A stretch of DNA of 61,925 bases, the filler included, from Choristocarpus tenellus KU-1152 (taxonomy: Eukaryota > Protista > Phaeophyceae), in the NCBI GenBank assembly GCA_964200185.2. It is 10 parts of 10 records of this genome, joined end to end, with 100 filler letters (N's around TTAATTAATTAA, not from the genome) between each part and the next. Parts side by side here need not be neighbours in the genome. Positions count along the whole stretch, not along the records: positions 1 to 15,095 come from CAXNAD020001062.1; positions 15,196 to 21,524 come from CAXNAD020008371.1; positions 21,625 to 28,633 come from CAXNAD020006872.1; 7 more parts are not named here. One strand, given 5' to 3'. The notes under the pieces are model-generated. The model searched no databases, was not told the DNA's origin, and worked only from the letters and a program-made list of their open reading frames with translations. Below, in pieces: positions 11,592 through 24,870 of the stretch. Position 1 is the first letter of the stretch. Every line of letters begins with the position of its first letter. Position numbers and translations under genes: made by a program.

Positions 11592-13490
11592 CTGGTGAGC
11601 TGGAACAATAGTTGAAGGGGTGGATGTGGTGATCACCTCCCCTGTTTGAGGAGAAAGAAATCCTTCCTGCCCTGGATTGCATTCCAAAGCCTCAAGCCGC
11701 AGCAAGGGGGGGGTTGTGTGTGGTCTCTCCCCTGCCCTGGGGTTTGTCCCTAAAGGGGCGTGTGCTTTTTCATTGCTCATGTCAATATCTCTGCCATCAA
11801 GGTATCTCTGTCTGGGGCACAAGCCTGCTGTCACCAAGTCCTTGGATGAAGGGAGGCCTTTGTTCTCCGCTCCCTTCAAACCCCTGTCCTCTTCTTCCTG
11901 CCCACTTGATCTCCTTTCCCACTCTCTTATGCTGCCGATATTGCCTTTCAATATCTCTCCACCCACCTCCTCCCCTGGAGGTTCAAGGAGCCACCATGGA
12001 AAGAGACCAACAACTGAACCTGATGTCTCAGCTGCTTTCCACATTGACCCATTCTTGGTGATTAGGTGAAAATTGTTAATCTGATCCCCAAGGGGACTTG
12101 ATTTTCTGCTTATTTTGCCTGCAGGACATTCATCTGAGCAGCAAGAGTCTAGCCAGAATGTTTTTGTCATAGCGCCACTCCCTTCATTGCTTGCTTCAAT
12201 AACACCCTTGGAAGGGTCCTCAATCTCCTTTTGCCCTCTTGCTTCTCTTCCTTCCTCCCCCTCACTGCTGGAGTTGCTGCAGGCAAAGAAAGTGTGCCAC
12301 TGGGCTGTGATACCAAGCATCAGTCGCTCTCTCACAATCTGGCATAAACCCCGCTCCAGAAACCTTGCCCTCACAATGGGGATCTTGAGGAGGCCTTCCA
12401 GCACGGGGAGGGAAGAAGGAACAAGCCCAGTCTCAGTATCCCATCCAGAATCGAGCTCAGCAAGCCAGAAAGCGTCATACCACAAGTCAAGCATCACCTC
12501 TACTGCTTTGTCCTTCTTTCTCCCTTCATTGTCCATGGTATCCATACCCTCACCACTATCCTCAGGATGTTCCAGAATTTTTCTAAGAAGGACGAGAGCA
12601 CAATTCTGGGCTTCTAGTGCTGCCAAACAGTTGCCCTCCTGAACTCTATCCTCATCTCTCAATGGTTGGCAAGCTGTTTTCAGCAATGCACATACCATTT
12701 TGGAGTCTCCTCCCAAAGCTCTAGCCTCCTTCCACCCTGCTGTATCCACATCGCTAAGAGATGGCAACCAAGACACCTCATCCTTCAAATTTACACTTGT
12801 AGCCTCCCCATAATATTCGTCATTGGTAACCACTGCCTTTGTCAGGTCGCTCTGCCCCCCTTTAGAGGTGTCATGTATTAAGGTCCTTGTCATGGACTGA
12901 GGCAGTGGAACTTGGACACTGGCCTCTTTCTGTGATGTAAGTCTTTTCCCCCCATCATCATTGGGGACAACTCGTGATGATGCTATTGACAGCACATTGG
13001 TACTGAATCCCCTAAGCTTGAACCTCCGGGAGGGATGTCTTCCACGATAATCCATGGCCAGCTCAAGGAGGGTATCATATGGTGTATTTAGGCTCATAAA
13101 ACCACCCCTTCCTCTTGATCCTCTCCCTACCAGGATGAGCTTCACCCCGCCCACCTTGTAGTCCTCAGTCAGCCAGCACTGCTTCACATCACCCTTGCCA
13201 TATCCCAAATAGAGAAAGGTAGCCCTGAGATAGCTTTTCCCAACACGTTTCCCAACATACTTTTTTTCACAGTAGTACACCCAAACCCCTGCCTCGGTGA
13301 GATTTAACACATATGGTCTAGCTTCAGAAGCCAGGAGCTGTGAGGCCAGTTGAAGTGGTTGGACCTCACCACCTCCTAAACAATTCCTGTCCATGGCCAC
13401 ACTATCCGCCATATTCCTTAGACCCGGTATAACCTTCGCTTCGACATTGTGGAGGGCGTCAAGACCGCAGGAAGGGATTCTCCAGCAACG
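11592..13490 (-). CDS. Internal exon, probably exon 2 of the giant kinase gene
   Basis: Lies within the 662-aa ORF; acceptor TTTTCTTTCCCCTCTCAG at 13491 with an upstream CCCTAAC branch site; phase-0 donor CAG|GTGGGT at 11591. Confidence 0.7.
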
Positions 13491-13581
13491 CTGAGAGGGG
13501 AAAGAAAATTGGGAAGCGTTAGGGGCGACCCAAGCGGTGTCGCAATGGGCGGTCGGCAATCACCCAATTCTGCAACCCCAC

Positions 13582-14235
13582 CTGATCACTGTTAGCCTCA
13601 GTTCGATCTTCAACCAATTGGAAAGAAGGACCTGAGAGGGGATGTTTCATGGTAATGCTGGAGATCTTGTAGCATAGCACCAAGCAGACGGGCGTATTTG
13701 GATGCAGTCTGGAGGTAGTTGCGTGTGGGATGGACATAGAGAAGCGTCTAATGAACGTGTTCCTAGGGGGAATGGAGCAATGTTGGTGATCCACACTCCT
13801 GAGATTTGAATATCTCAGGTTGGCTATGAGATCGTCGGCGGATTGCTCGACCACTGCCAACACCCACGTGCCAACAGGTTGGTATTCCAATCTTGTAATC
13901 TGGTCAACACCCAGCACAGATGAAGCAACAAGGACTGGAAGCCCAACAGGGATATCCGGCAGAGGCACCACAGTTCCTCCTTCCCGAACCCCGCGACCCT
14001 CGATCGCCAGCAAGGCCTCTTTTCCATAATGCTGCTTATCCGTCACATAATCTGTTCTTCTCTTCTCCGAAAACTTGCTTTCATCTGCATACTTGTAGCC
14101 AGCCCATTTGATTCGACTCAGCAGCCATAACAATCTTGAAGTCGTAACATCAGCTTTGGAATTCCTCGTTGAGTCAGATGTTACAGGGAGTAGCAACCCT
14201 CGGTTCCTGGAAGGCAAACACACTTGCCCCACCAT
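13582..14235 (-). CDS. Probable first exon of the giant kinase gene
   Basis: 238-aa ORF; donor CAG|GTGGGG at 13581 gives a 91-bp intron that joins in frame (…EANSDQ|RCWRIP…) to the next exon; region is CpG-rich. Confidence 0.65.
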
Positions 14236-15095
14236 ACCAAGATAAATTTATATGTTCAACTTGTTTATACCCCTTGTCTCCTGAGATGAAAAGAGGATTG
14301 GGCGTAACGAATCGTATTGCACTCGTATTGTATTCGTATTGTAATTGTATTGTTCAAAGATGATACTTTTTTTGTTCCCAAGGACATGGTTAGTGTAAAG
14401 ATGGGGAATAAAGGTATGGTGTGAATAGCTGTAGGTATCGTCAGAAATTCAAATGTCAACAATGCAACAAAATAACTGTTACTTCCTTGGGGAATTTTCA
14501 AATATATGAATGGTTTTCATTAGTGTTTTCCCTGGGACATCTCCAAAATGTGAAGAGGGCATAATAAATAGTACATCATGTTGACAGTTCATATAAAGAT
14601 ATTTGAAGGTATCGCTATAGACGAAGTGTAGGATTTGTTCAACAGCGGTCAACCCCATCCCCCCAACTCTAAATACTTTAGGTCGAGTCCAACCACTTTT
14701 TAAAACAACCATATAGAGCAGGGATTTCTTTTGGGAATCCTTATGTTAGTGTGTCAAACCACAATCCATTTTGTTGTTATATATATATATATATATATAT
14801 ATGTAGAATACATCACATATCCTAGCAGCCCATGACGCCAGGATCACAAGGAGGGCTCAACACGAGATCACACACCTCCTCAACAAGATCCGTTTTGACT
14901 CCTTCAGGACACGACTGGGCAGCCTTCCAAATGAGGCACACCAAGGGAGGGAAAGCTCCTCATTGGCCCTAGCGCGCCACCGGAGCCAGTGTGGACAAGG
15001 GGCAAACGCGTGGGCCTCAACTCAACCTCTGGAACCAGCATGCCAGATCCCCCCTCTGGAATTTAAGCTCACAGTCAGCAGATCCCTAGGGAGGG

Positions 15096-15195
15096 NNNNN
15101 NNNNNNNNNNNNNNNNNNNNNNNNNNNNNNNNNNNNNNNTTAATTAATTAANNNNNNNNNNNNNNNNNNNNNNNNNNNNNNNNNNNNNNNNNNNN
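15096..15195. other. Artificial assembly linker (44 N + TTAATTAATTAA + 44 N); identical linkers at 21525, 28634, 39135, 42666, 47280, 51008, 54102 and 57241
   Basis: Nine identical 100-bp spacers carrying a six-frame stop cassette. Confidence 0.97.
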
Positions 15196-15272
15196 CAAAT
15201 CACCCAAAAATTGCGACATGGAAAAATGGACCCCAATGGATAGCTGCCACCCCCCCCCAGATACTTCGAGCC
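15196..15272 (+). mobile_element. MITE family B, right end, truncated by gap
   Basis: CAAATCACCCAAAAATTGCGACAT…CCCCAATGGA…poly-C-AGATACTTCGAGCC matches the copy at 51120-51300. Confidence 0.7.
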
Positions 15273-15483
15273 ACTAAGATCAGGACAACAATGCATAATG
15301 CACGTCTGTCCACGAAAAAGATATAGGGGCCGACTGCTTGAAGGGGAACCTCAGGCCCTATTACCACCGATCACTATGGAGTAATTCCACTGTGAATGGT
15401 GGAAAGGTCCAAGAGTTGCTTTTTTTATCCAGTTTTATTGTCATTGCAAAAAAAATTCCCTGACACATAGGGAATAATAAAAA

Positions 15484-15518
<35 letters not shown>

Positions 15519-15699
15519 TAGAAGACGTCCCTTGTTTGGGTCGTGCCGACTTTCATCCGGACAATGCACACCAGCTTTACTGTGATTTTTTTAATGTAGG
15601 TCCTGCTATTTGAAAATTGACCTCAGGAACAATACCACCAATGACAATCGAGTAATTCCGTTGCGATCGGTGGGAATGGTCGAAGTTGGATTTTCACAT

Positions 15700-15955
15700 G
15701 AGTCAAAGTATCTTAGAGGGTAGAGCCACGTCCATTCAGGGGCCAAAATCCGATGTTGCATTTTTGTGATTTTGGCTATCGTATTTGCTAGGAAGTATCA
15801 ATATCCTTGTTCTGAACACACCTCGTCATAAAGAATAAATTTTACCTACTTTGATACATTTTGGAGTAGGAAGATGTCTTAAGAAAACCTATGGTAAGCT
15901 AAGCCCCAAATGGACAAACAGGACAAAACTCGTGCCCGCTAAGATACATTCACTC
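15700..15955 (-). mobile_element. MITE family A, copy 2 (256 bp, inverted orientation)
   Basis: GAGTCAAAGTATCTTAGAGGG … CTAAGATACATTCACTC; target-site duplication CAT/CAT. Confidence 0.87.
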
Positions 15956-17320
15956 CATTCCACTTTTTACTATAATCTACAAACATAGTGTTGTGAATCG
16001 TACATCGGATCGACTGAATTGATCTGTTTCGAAATATCAGTAAAAAATGAGAAATAATAAAAGAGAATATGAAGTAGTCGGAGTTTTGTGGGGTGGGAGA
16101 ATTCTGGTAGGACTGATGCAAAGGGAAGGGAGGGTGATTAGAGGAAAAGAAGAATATCAAAGGGTAGACAAAGAGTTAAGTACTCAGTGACTAGGAAGCA
16201 GAAGAGGTGGGAGAGAAGTTAAAAGAAATGGGTGGTACGTGGAAACAGGAGATAGGAAGGAATAGTCAGAACGTGATGCTTGTGGTACGGGACAAGCAGG
16301 GCTAGAACAAGGCAACCTCTGAGCAATCTCTCCCACCCACCCACCCTTTGGCTTGCTCACAACCGAATGGGATATTGGGTAGGGGGGGGTGAGGTCAAGT
16401 TCCGGCGGGTTAAATGTCTTCTGGTTCAAAGGCATGGTATGTAGTGGATGATGAAGGGGTGTTTTGGGATGGAACTCGGTGGTCCATTACCCCATTTTTT
16501 GGTGCCAAGATGGACCGCTTTCACTCTACCTCAAGTCTGCTGTCATCATTCTCGATGAGAACATGATGGATGGTCACTTGTCAAACATGTTAGCATTTGG
16601 GTGTAGAAGGACTTACAACAAATAGTTCGATACTTCAAAGCAGTGAAATAATATACGACCCTTTCGATGTGATGATACGCTATGTATTACGGACTAATAA
16701 ATGGTGACATCGCACACGCACAAAAAACGTTCCTTCTTCCTTCACATTAATTTAAGCTGTGTCCGGTCAAACCATCTATACTAGTACCATATTATTTGTT
16801 GCTGCTTCTCTGTCTTAAACCTTCATTGATCTTTAACCTCTCTTCCACCCCATCTCCCATGTCTCTTAACAACATCTCTCGCAATAATAACATTAGGTGA
16901 TGGGTCTAGTAGTAGTCAGTTGAGCCGATCGTGGAAGCACAGGTAATTCATTCCATCCTTGCACTGAAGAAGTGGTGGAAATGTTGGATGTCTCGCTCAA
17001 CACGAGTTGGATACACACCTTTCACAATTTCTTCCTTACACACTGATTACATACCCAGGCCCCTCCACTACCGAGGTTCCACTCCTCCGCATCACAAAAA
17101 ACTCACCACACCACTACTATTATTAGCGCAAACAGGGAGATAACTCAAGGAACAAAAAGGTTCTTGTCACAAGCAAAATCACGAGTTTGGATTCCGAACG
17201 AGAAAATTGATCTCGCTCTCCACGCAGACCTATGCTCTCGAGTATATTTTAGTGTTTATGTTAGGTCGATATTTTATACCACTACTTACCATTCTCGATA
17301 TTAAGGACGCTCTTGCTGCT

Positions 17321-17341
17321 TGGGTGGTGCTAAAAAGCACC
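17321..17341 (-). promoter_or_regulatory. Histone mRNA 3' stem-loop of H3
   Basis: Minus strand GGTGCT-TTTT-AGCACC followed by ACCCA, ~60 nt after the stop; same 6-4-6 geometry as the canonical histone stem-loop. Confidence 0.85.
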
Positions 17342-17400
17342 AGGGTTAGCATCATGGCGAGTCAAAGAAGGATGAATTAAGATCTTATGGTCAAGACTGC

Positions 17401-18485
<1,085 letters not shown>

Positions 18486-18541
18486 GCACAAAGCTTCCCA
18501 AGGCGTGGTGCCAATTCTCATGTGGGACCTGATCAACATCT

Positions 18542-18561
18542 GGTGTTTTCTCAACACCACC
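18542..18561 (+). promoter_or_regulatory. Histone mRNA 3' stem-loop of H4
   Basis: GGTGTT-TTCTC-AACACC followed by ACC, 56 nt after the stop. Confidence 0.8.
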
Positions 18562-21478
18562 GTTCCAGAAAGGAATCCTCTTTTAAGCATGAAGAAATGA
18601 ACACTCAAGAATGGCATGAGTTAAATCGCTGTGGCTCTCAAAAAACTCTTTTAATAAATTATTTTGGTCACCACCATACCACCCCAATATTCCATCTGCC
18701 ATCTTCTCTACTGCAGATGAATATTCAGGAACCCTTAATGCTGTATTGATCGGGTTTAATGAAATACACACTCGAGTTGTATGCTCCTTGAAGAGGGAGA
18801 GACTACTGAACAAGCATGTACCTCGTGGCGGGTTCTGCCTGAACTAGGGTGACCTTCAGGAAATGACCTAGTTCCTCTTGTGGGTTGATCTGACTTTAGC
18901 TTGATGGACCCAACTTCAGACAATGGTGTTTTTTTATAATGCTGTGTATGTGGCTGCCTCAAGGTTTATGGTTGGTTCATTGTCTTGGTGTTACAGGAGT
19001 TTTCTTTGTGAAAGCTAAACCAATTGGGGAGTAGGCAGGTTTGGAACCTTTAGTGATCAACATCTTTCATCCCCTGACCAACACACTTTAATACTGCTGC
19101 ATGTCCAATGTAGTGTACACTAAATTGATATGCCCCCTTTTCGCACATGAAGCAACACCACAATTCAGTGAAGACTCTTTTTGCAATACTCCTTAGAACA
19201 TGGTGATTTGGGAAATTCCAAAGTCCTCCGCAATGGCCACTGCTATCCCCTGAGGCACCCAAGTCTCGCACCCTCTCACCTCCAGGCATTGTGCCACTAC
19301 GCTGTTCTTTGTCAGGGTGCTTGAGTTTGGACCCTGGACAGATTTCTGGACTGAAGAATTGGGACTGATAGGGGATGACAGGATGAGTGAGGTACTCGAA
19401 TGACAGGGGGCCTGTTGTAGTCATATCTATAAACTCCTACTTTGACAATTTCATGAGGTTTTTGAATCCCATCAAATACGACTTGGTCGACTTTGCACTG
19501 GTGATCCTCCACAATCATGACAGCCCACCATCTCAAAATTTGCACTCCTCCCAATCTATATGAGAACTACGCCTCGCCTAGAAGGTTTATCACGTGGGTT
19601 GTTCCCGGGTGACAATGGAGCTTCCAAAAGTTATGTTACATCTAATTCCGAACAGAGGAAGTAGTATACTACTAAAAAAACTTGTAATCAATTCGAAAGC
19701 TACGTCAACACGCACAGTAACATCTTGTATATACATCGAAACTACAATCGTATCACTCCTAAACTTGAGTATAATAGCAACTATCACGCCTTCAAACATG
19801 GAAATGAAATATCCTCACCTCTAGCCACATTATCTACTTTCGACTTGGATTTTCACCTTCTCAACCCTACTTTATAATCAGTGGTTTTGAAATTGAATGG
19901 CCTTCCCAGGTTCATCCATTTCTGAATGCTACTGGGACAACACATAGTGCTACCAGTAGGAAGTATATTGGAGAAATAGGATTTGGATGGTTATTACCAA
20001 TTAAATATATAGTGCTCTGTAAGTGCTGTTACAGCCCTTGTAAAGGATTCAATCAGCTCTGAATTTGCAAAATTTGTGTATGCATGTTTACACGTGACAA
20101 AGAGTCATTTCGTTGTTGTATCTACCAGTGTCATATTTGTAAAATGGTTTACACATGTCTCACACATGAAATAGAGCCATTGTGCTATTGTATCTACCAT
20201 CATGAATACGATTTGTTTCTGCAGTAAGTTAATAAATTTCTTGGCTGCACTGATAGCACCACATTGGCTGAAAAAATGTTCAAAATTTGAGGTGTGTGAA
20301 TCGGTGATTCCGTGCATTGTGGTTCGATCAGGCAAGGGTCAAGATAGATCAGACGGACCAAGATGACAAACTGTAATGGAGAGGACAAGTTCAAGTGTGC
20401 AGAGTGACGAGTGGGGAGAACTATGATTCAGGCAGGTGAGCTCTCAAGGATCCCTCAGTTATGGACTGCTCTCCCAAATATGATGCTCCACTGTAGAACC
20501 ATGGTGTTTCACCACCAGGGTCACAAACAGGGATCTTGGGAAGACTATCAAACAGGTATGACGGCATAAGATGCGTTAATATACTGGATGGGGTAATGGA
20601 CAACTCTGCTTTCCATATCGCCCCCCCTTGTGGTGGGCTTCGAAGCCTTGTGAGCATGGTGCGGAGTCAACCAAAAAGGTGACCTCTGGGAGTAAAATGG
20701 GAAACAGGTGTAATTGTTAGCATAAAATTGCACCATTTTATCGCATGACTCCATCGATTGGAAATGATGTGCAATTTGTGAACGTGACATCAACGAATTT
20801 TTGGTCAGGATATCAGTTAGTCAATAGTTGATGGTACGTGTTTAGGATAGCAATAAAGCTTTACACGGTCTGGTTGCAAGGGATTGGCATGTCAGTTTTA
20901 AATACGAGTGAGGGTTGATGGAATGTGGTCAGCATATAGGGATATTTTGGTATCTTCTACAGAGGATACACAAAAGAATGGGGGAACATAGAATAAATGC
21001 TGTAGTCCAGAGAGTGATGTCAATATCTGTTGACCAGGGTCTGACGATGCTTTAAGAAGTGTTATACGACGATTATAATGGATAATCCGATGTGTGAAAA
21101 CGCAAGCACATATACAGTGTGATTAAAATCAACACCGCAGACGATATCATCAACAGACGATGTGTGCTTACGTCTTCTTCCACGCATCCTGATTCGATTG
21201 GAAATATTGCTCACATCTCACACCTCACAAGGGATGACAATATTTCAAGTGGACATTAAGACGGATGATGCTGGTGGCTCAATTCGCAATACTATACAAG
21301 GCAGCCATGCAGTCATTACATCTCGTCAGGGGGGATGCCACTCAAAAACAAAGAACAAGTACGACTCACCCGATGTCTCCATCACTGACCAAGTGATGAA
21401 CATGAATATTTTTTGTTGTCGATTGGCATTGTTTGGTCAAGGTTAGCAACAGGCAATTCATATCCCTTTTGAGCATGT

Positions 21479-21658
21479 GGCTCAAAGTATCTTAGCGGGG
21501 GGGGGGGGGGGGACGGCTGGCCATNNNNNNNNNNNNNNNNNNNNNNNNNNNNNNNNNNNNNNNNNNNNTTAATTAATTAANNNNNNNNNNNNNNNNNNNN
21601 NNNNNNNNNNNNNNNNNNNNNNNNCAAACCACCACCCCCCCCCCAGATACTTTGACCC
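21479..21658 (+). mobile_element. MITE family B ends flanking an assembly gap
   Basis: GGCTCAAAGTATCT-polyG left of the gap and polyC-AGATACTTTGACCC right of it. Confidence 0.7.
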
Positions 21659-22068
21659 CCATCTTCATATCCGTTTGAACCAGAGATTTTGAACGGCACT
21701 GCAGCCAATTCGTATAACATCATCAATTCAGAAATTCATTGTGTGGTGGGCAGTTTGTATTGAATATTGTGTTACCTGGACCACAGAAAAAGAGGGTCCT
21801 ACATTATTACAGCAGTGCATTGGAAATGGTTGGGAACGTTTTCTTGACAGATTCCAGATTACCACCCAGAGCCCTTTGACAAGAATCACTCACTCCCTAA
21901 TCATGGTCCTTACTACCGAGGTAATATTCAAGAACTCTGCAGCACTACTTGTATGTAGTAAAGAGTCTATTTTCCCATGGAGAAAGTTTCTTCAATGCAG
22001 AATATGTTAACAATCGACACATGATGAGTATATTTACGCACTTTGAGATGGGGGAACAAGTATTCCAC

Positions 22069-23059
22069 CTGGCAAAAGTTGTCCTTGGAGGCATCCCAGA
22101 GCATTGAGGCACATGTGTTTACCCCCGCCCCGTTCTTTTGCATGATAATGCAGGTGATTACATACTTGTATGGCTTGTTCAGAGACTGCAACTCTTTGAG
22201 GCAGTTGTCTACAATTGTGTTGGTCCAGTCTGTCACCTGGGTGCCCTCATCATGAAAGGAGACGGGGTGCATTTGCGTACATGTTTGTGTGTATTTGGAC
22301 CGATCAATTCTATGTATGCAGCTGATAACAAAACTATGCCAAAATAATATAATATGACAACACTGGTAATGCACGACATGTTATATTCGGTCCTAACCTT
22401 GGGTTGAACCACCTGTGAACGTTTCAAGATCCAGTTTTTCCTTGACCTGTAAGATATGCATGCACAACCTAGTCTAAGTGTCAACTTCAAAGATAGTGAG
22501 CAGAGTATCAATACCGATATAATCGCTGCTTTCAATTCAGCACCTTGAAGCTGCTTGAGTTAGTGTCAATATACAAGGATCAAGGGGGAGTTATAGCATT
22601 CATTATGAGGAAAACTCTGGTAGAGGGCTATACCACAACCAAAATATAGATAAGAGAAGAGTCAGATATGTAGTTTATCAGCTTGCTTCCCTATAGAAAG
22701 AGAATAGTTACTAATAATTTGCGAAGTTAAAGATATGTCACTCCGTTTAAGAGTTGATACGACCATTCTTTACGCTCTGAACAGACGGAGATATATCTTT
22801 CCAGGGATCACGGGTGCTGATTTCTTCTCCCTTATGTTGAGCATGTGCTCCCCTTTCAAACCTCCACTCTTCCTCTTGAACAAAACAGGGGCCAGGTGGA
22901 CATTTTGGACTGGATAAACTTATGCCCTATGATAGTTATGTCTTGTCTGACCTTCTTAGGGTTGTACATGACATCGGTCAGGCACCCGGTGATCGCGTTT
23001 TTGACGATGGTATCTACATCCTCCACAGAAAACTCGGCGGCATCGTCTTGAAAGTCCAT
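22069..23059 (-). CDS. DYNLT1: Dynein light chain, Tctex-1 family; exons 23059-22952 and 22236-22069; last exon not found
   Basis: MDFQDDAAEFSVEDVDTIVKNAITGCLTDVMYNPKK|VTDWTNTIVDNCLKELQSLNKPYKYVITCIIMQKNGAG…WDASKD; phase-0 GT-AG junctions. Confidence 0.93.
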
Positions 23060-23172
23060 TGTTCTCCTTTCACACTCCTTCCCACAGACAAAGGGTGCAC
23101 TTCACACGCTGGCCGCCGTCCAGCTTTGGTATCCAACCCTGTTCTATCAGACGAGACGCCTTTCCTTTCGCG

Positions 23173-23259
23173 ATGGAAGACTTGCAGATTGTCACCCTGT
23201 CTGTCAGCTTCCCTCCTGAACGACCTTTCCCCGTAAAAGTCGACGAGGCGTCGATTGAG
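23173..23259 (+). CDS. Possible first exon of an unknown gene divergent from Tctex-1
   Basis: ATG GAA GAC… (MEDLQIVTLSVSFPPERPFPVKVDEASIE) followed by donor GAG|GTAGGG, inside a CpG-rich patch; no homology recognised. Confidence 0.35.
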
Positions 23260-24629
23260 GTAGGGGAGGATCTGTACGCCCTATCGATGTTGGGAAATCT
23301 CCCTTCAACGCAACGAATGATAATGGAAGCAAGTTATTGGAAAAGTGGTAGGTTTGTGCAAACAGAGAGAGGTCAAATGTCAGATGCGTATATACGGGCA
23401 GTTTCGCATCAAGACGTTGCGCCAATGAAATATTCGAGGTCATGCGGTACACATCACACAGCATGCAAACCTTTTTTTAAATCGTGACCTTGATAAAAAT
23501 ACTATAAAATCTAGAGAATAAACAAAGAAACTAGTACGTTGCAAGAGTGAGGAACTAAATATTATGAGAATAATGGTCTAGAATCTAAGGACATCCCCCC
23601 TCTATTTCCAAAATATGGTTCCATTTTCAGTCAGGTAATGTATCCGACCTTATTGGTGACGGGACAGGGGAAGAAAGTGCGAAGCAATGACTCAAGGAAA
23701 GAAAAGGAGCGCCTTGGCTTGCGTTTGGCGGTACATTCTTGTCCTATCCAAAACTCCTACCCGATGCACGGCTAGTACCTGCTTGCATCTCATACCTTCC
23801 CCCACCCACTCCTACAGATCGATCTCCCCCTTCACTCAGATCATACGCATCCCCCATCTACTATTACGATGTAGTGATTTTTGCGGACGTGGTGTATTTT
23901 CAACACTCACCTACATTAGAGCTATGTGGCGCTGCATAGCGCGATAGAGCAAGCTGTGTAATGCCTTATATCATCGCACATAGTGGGCACTGCTGGAGGC
24001 GGAGAAAATGGTAGCGTTTCTGGAAACGTCTCTGGTGCCACAATAGGAGTGCTGGTTGGTTGTAGTTGTGCTATTAATATCAGTGATACATAGCTCTACA
24101 TATTATCACCATCAAGCGTCACGAAAGTAGACTCTTTACGCTACATAGAGGGCCACCAGTTGCTACACAGAGTGCTCCTCAACCTCCTCCCAACGGTCGG
24201 CATCCTCTTTGAGAAGGCAATGAATGTTCATTATTTCAATAATGTTCTAGCCCCTCTTGAAGGCGCTATTCAGGTACCCAACAAATGTATAAACCTTTCT
24301 TTGTTGTAGTGAGGGTTAGTGTGTCAAACCATTACAACAAAGGAAACAACAGTAGTAGTACAGTGCTTACGACAGTCAATGCTGCTGCCCACAGGTACCA
24401 GTAGAGGAGTCCTACCGGTATAAACAATAGTGATGCAATTTTTTGCACTTTCGACTGTTCTTAGCTGGTAGTGGTATCCGTCTATCGAATATATAACTTC
24501 GAATTTCAACATATATATCCAAAACTATGTGTGTTGATACACATTGTGGGTGGTTGGAGTTGGAATGATACCTTCCTCAAATATTTTGGCAGTACTAAAA
24601 TATACACGAAAATGCATGCGTGTACAGAC

Positions 24630-24870
24630 TTCTGAGTCGAAGTCAACAAGAGGTGCTCAGGGTTGCATTTCACGATGCTGACAAATATGTGCAAAATTCG
24701 AGTTTTTTATCCCTGTAGGATATTTCCTTAATTCTGGGGAAAAGTCTCAAACAATAGAGAAATCAGCACTCCCAAGTCAAACTTAGCACTTATCCATAGA
24801 AATATGGGTGTATTGCAAAAATTTGAAAAACTGGCTTAAAATGCAAAAACACCGAAAACCTTGGTAACAC
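24630..24870 (+). repeat. Dispersed repeat, copy 2
   Basis: Similar to 2405-2640. Confidence 0.6.

Noticed and set aside
13491-13581. Programmed frameshift between overlapping ORFs 13519-14235 and 11571-13559
   Set aside because: Fully explained by a 91-bp GT-AG intron with a branch site
2852-14111. Many short plus-strand ORFs over the kinase gene
   Set aside because: Antisense shadow frames with no recognisable motifs
18900-19560. Possible decayed Copia reverse transcriptase
   Set aside because: Only faint resemblance across frameshifts; no diagnostic motif I can support
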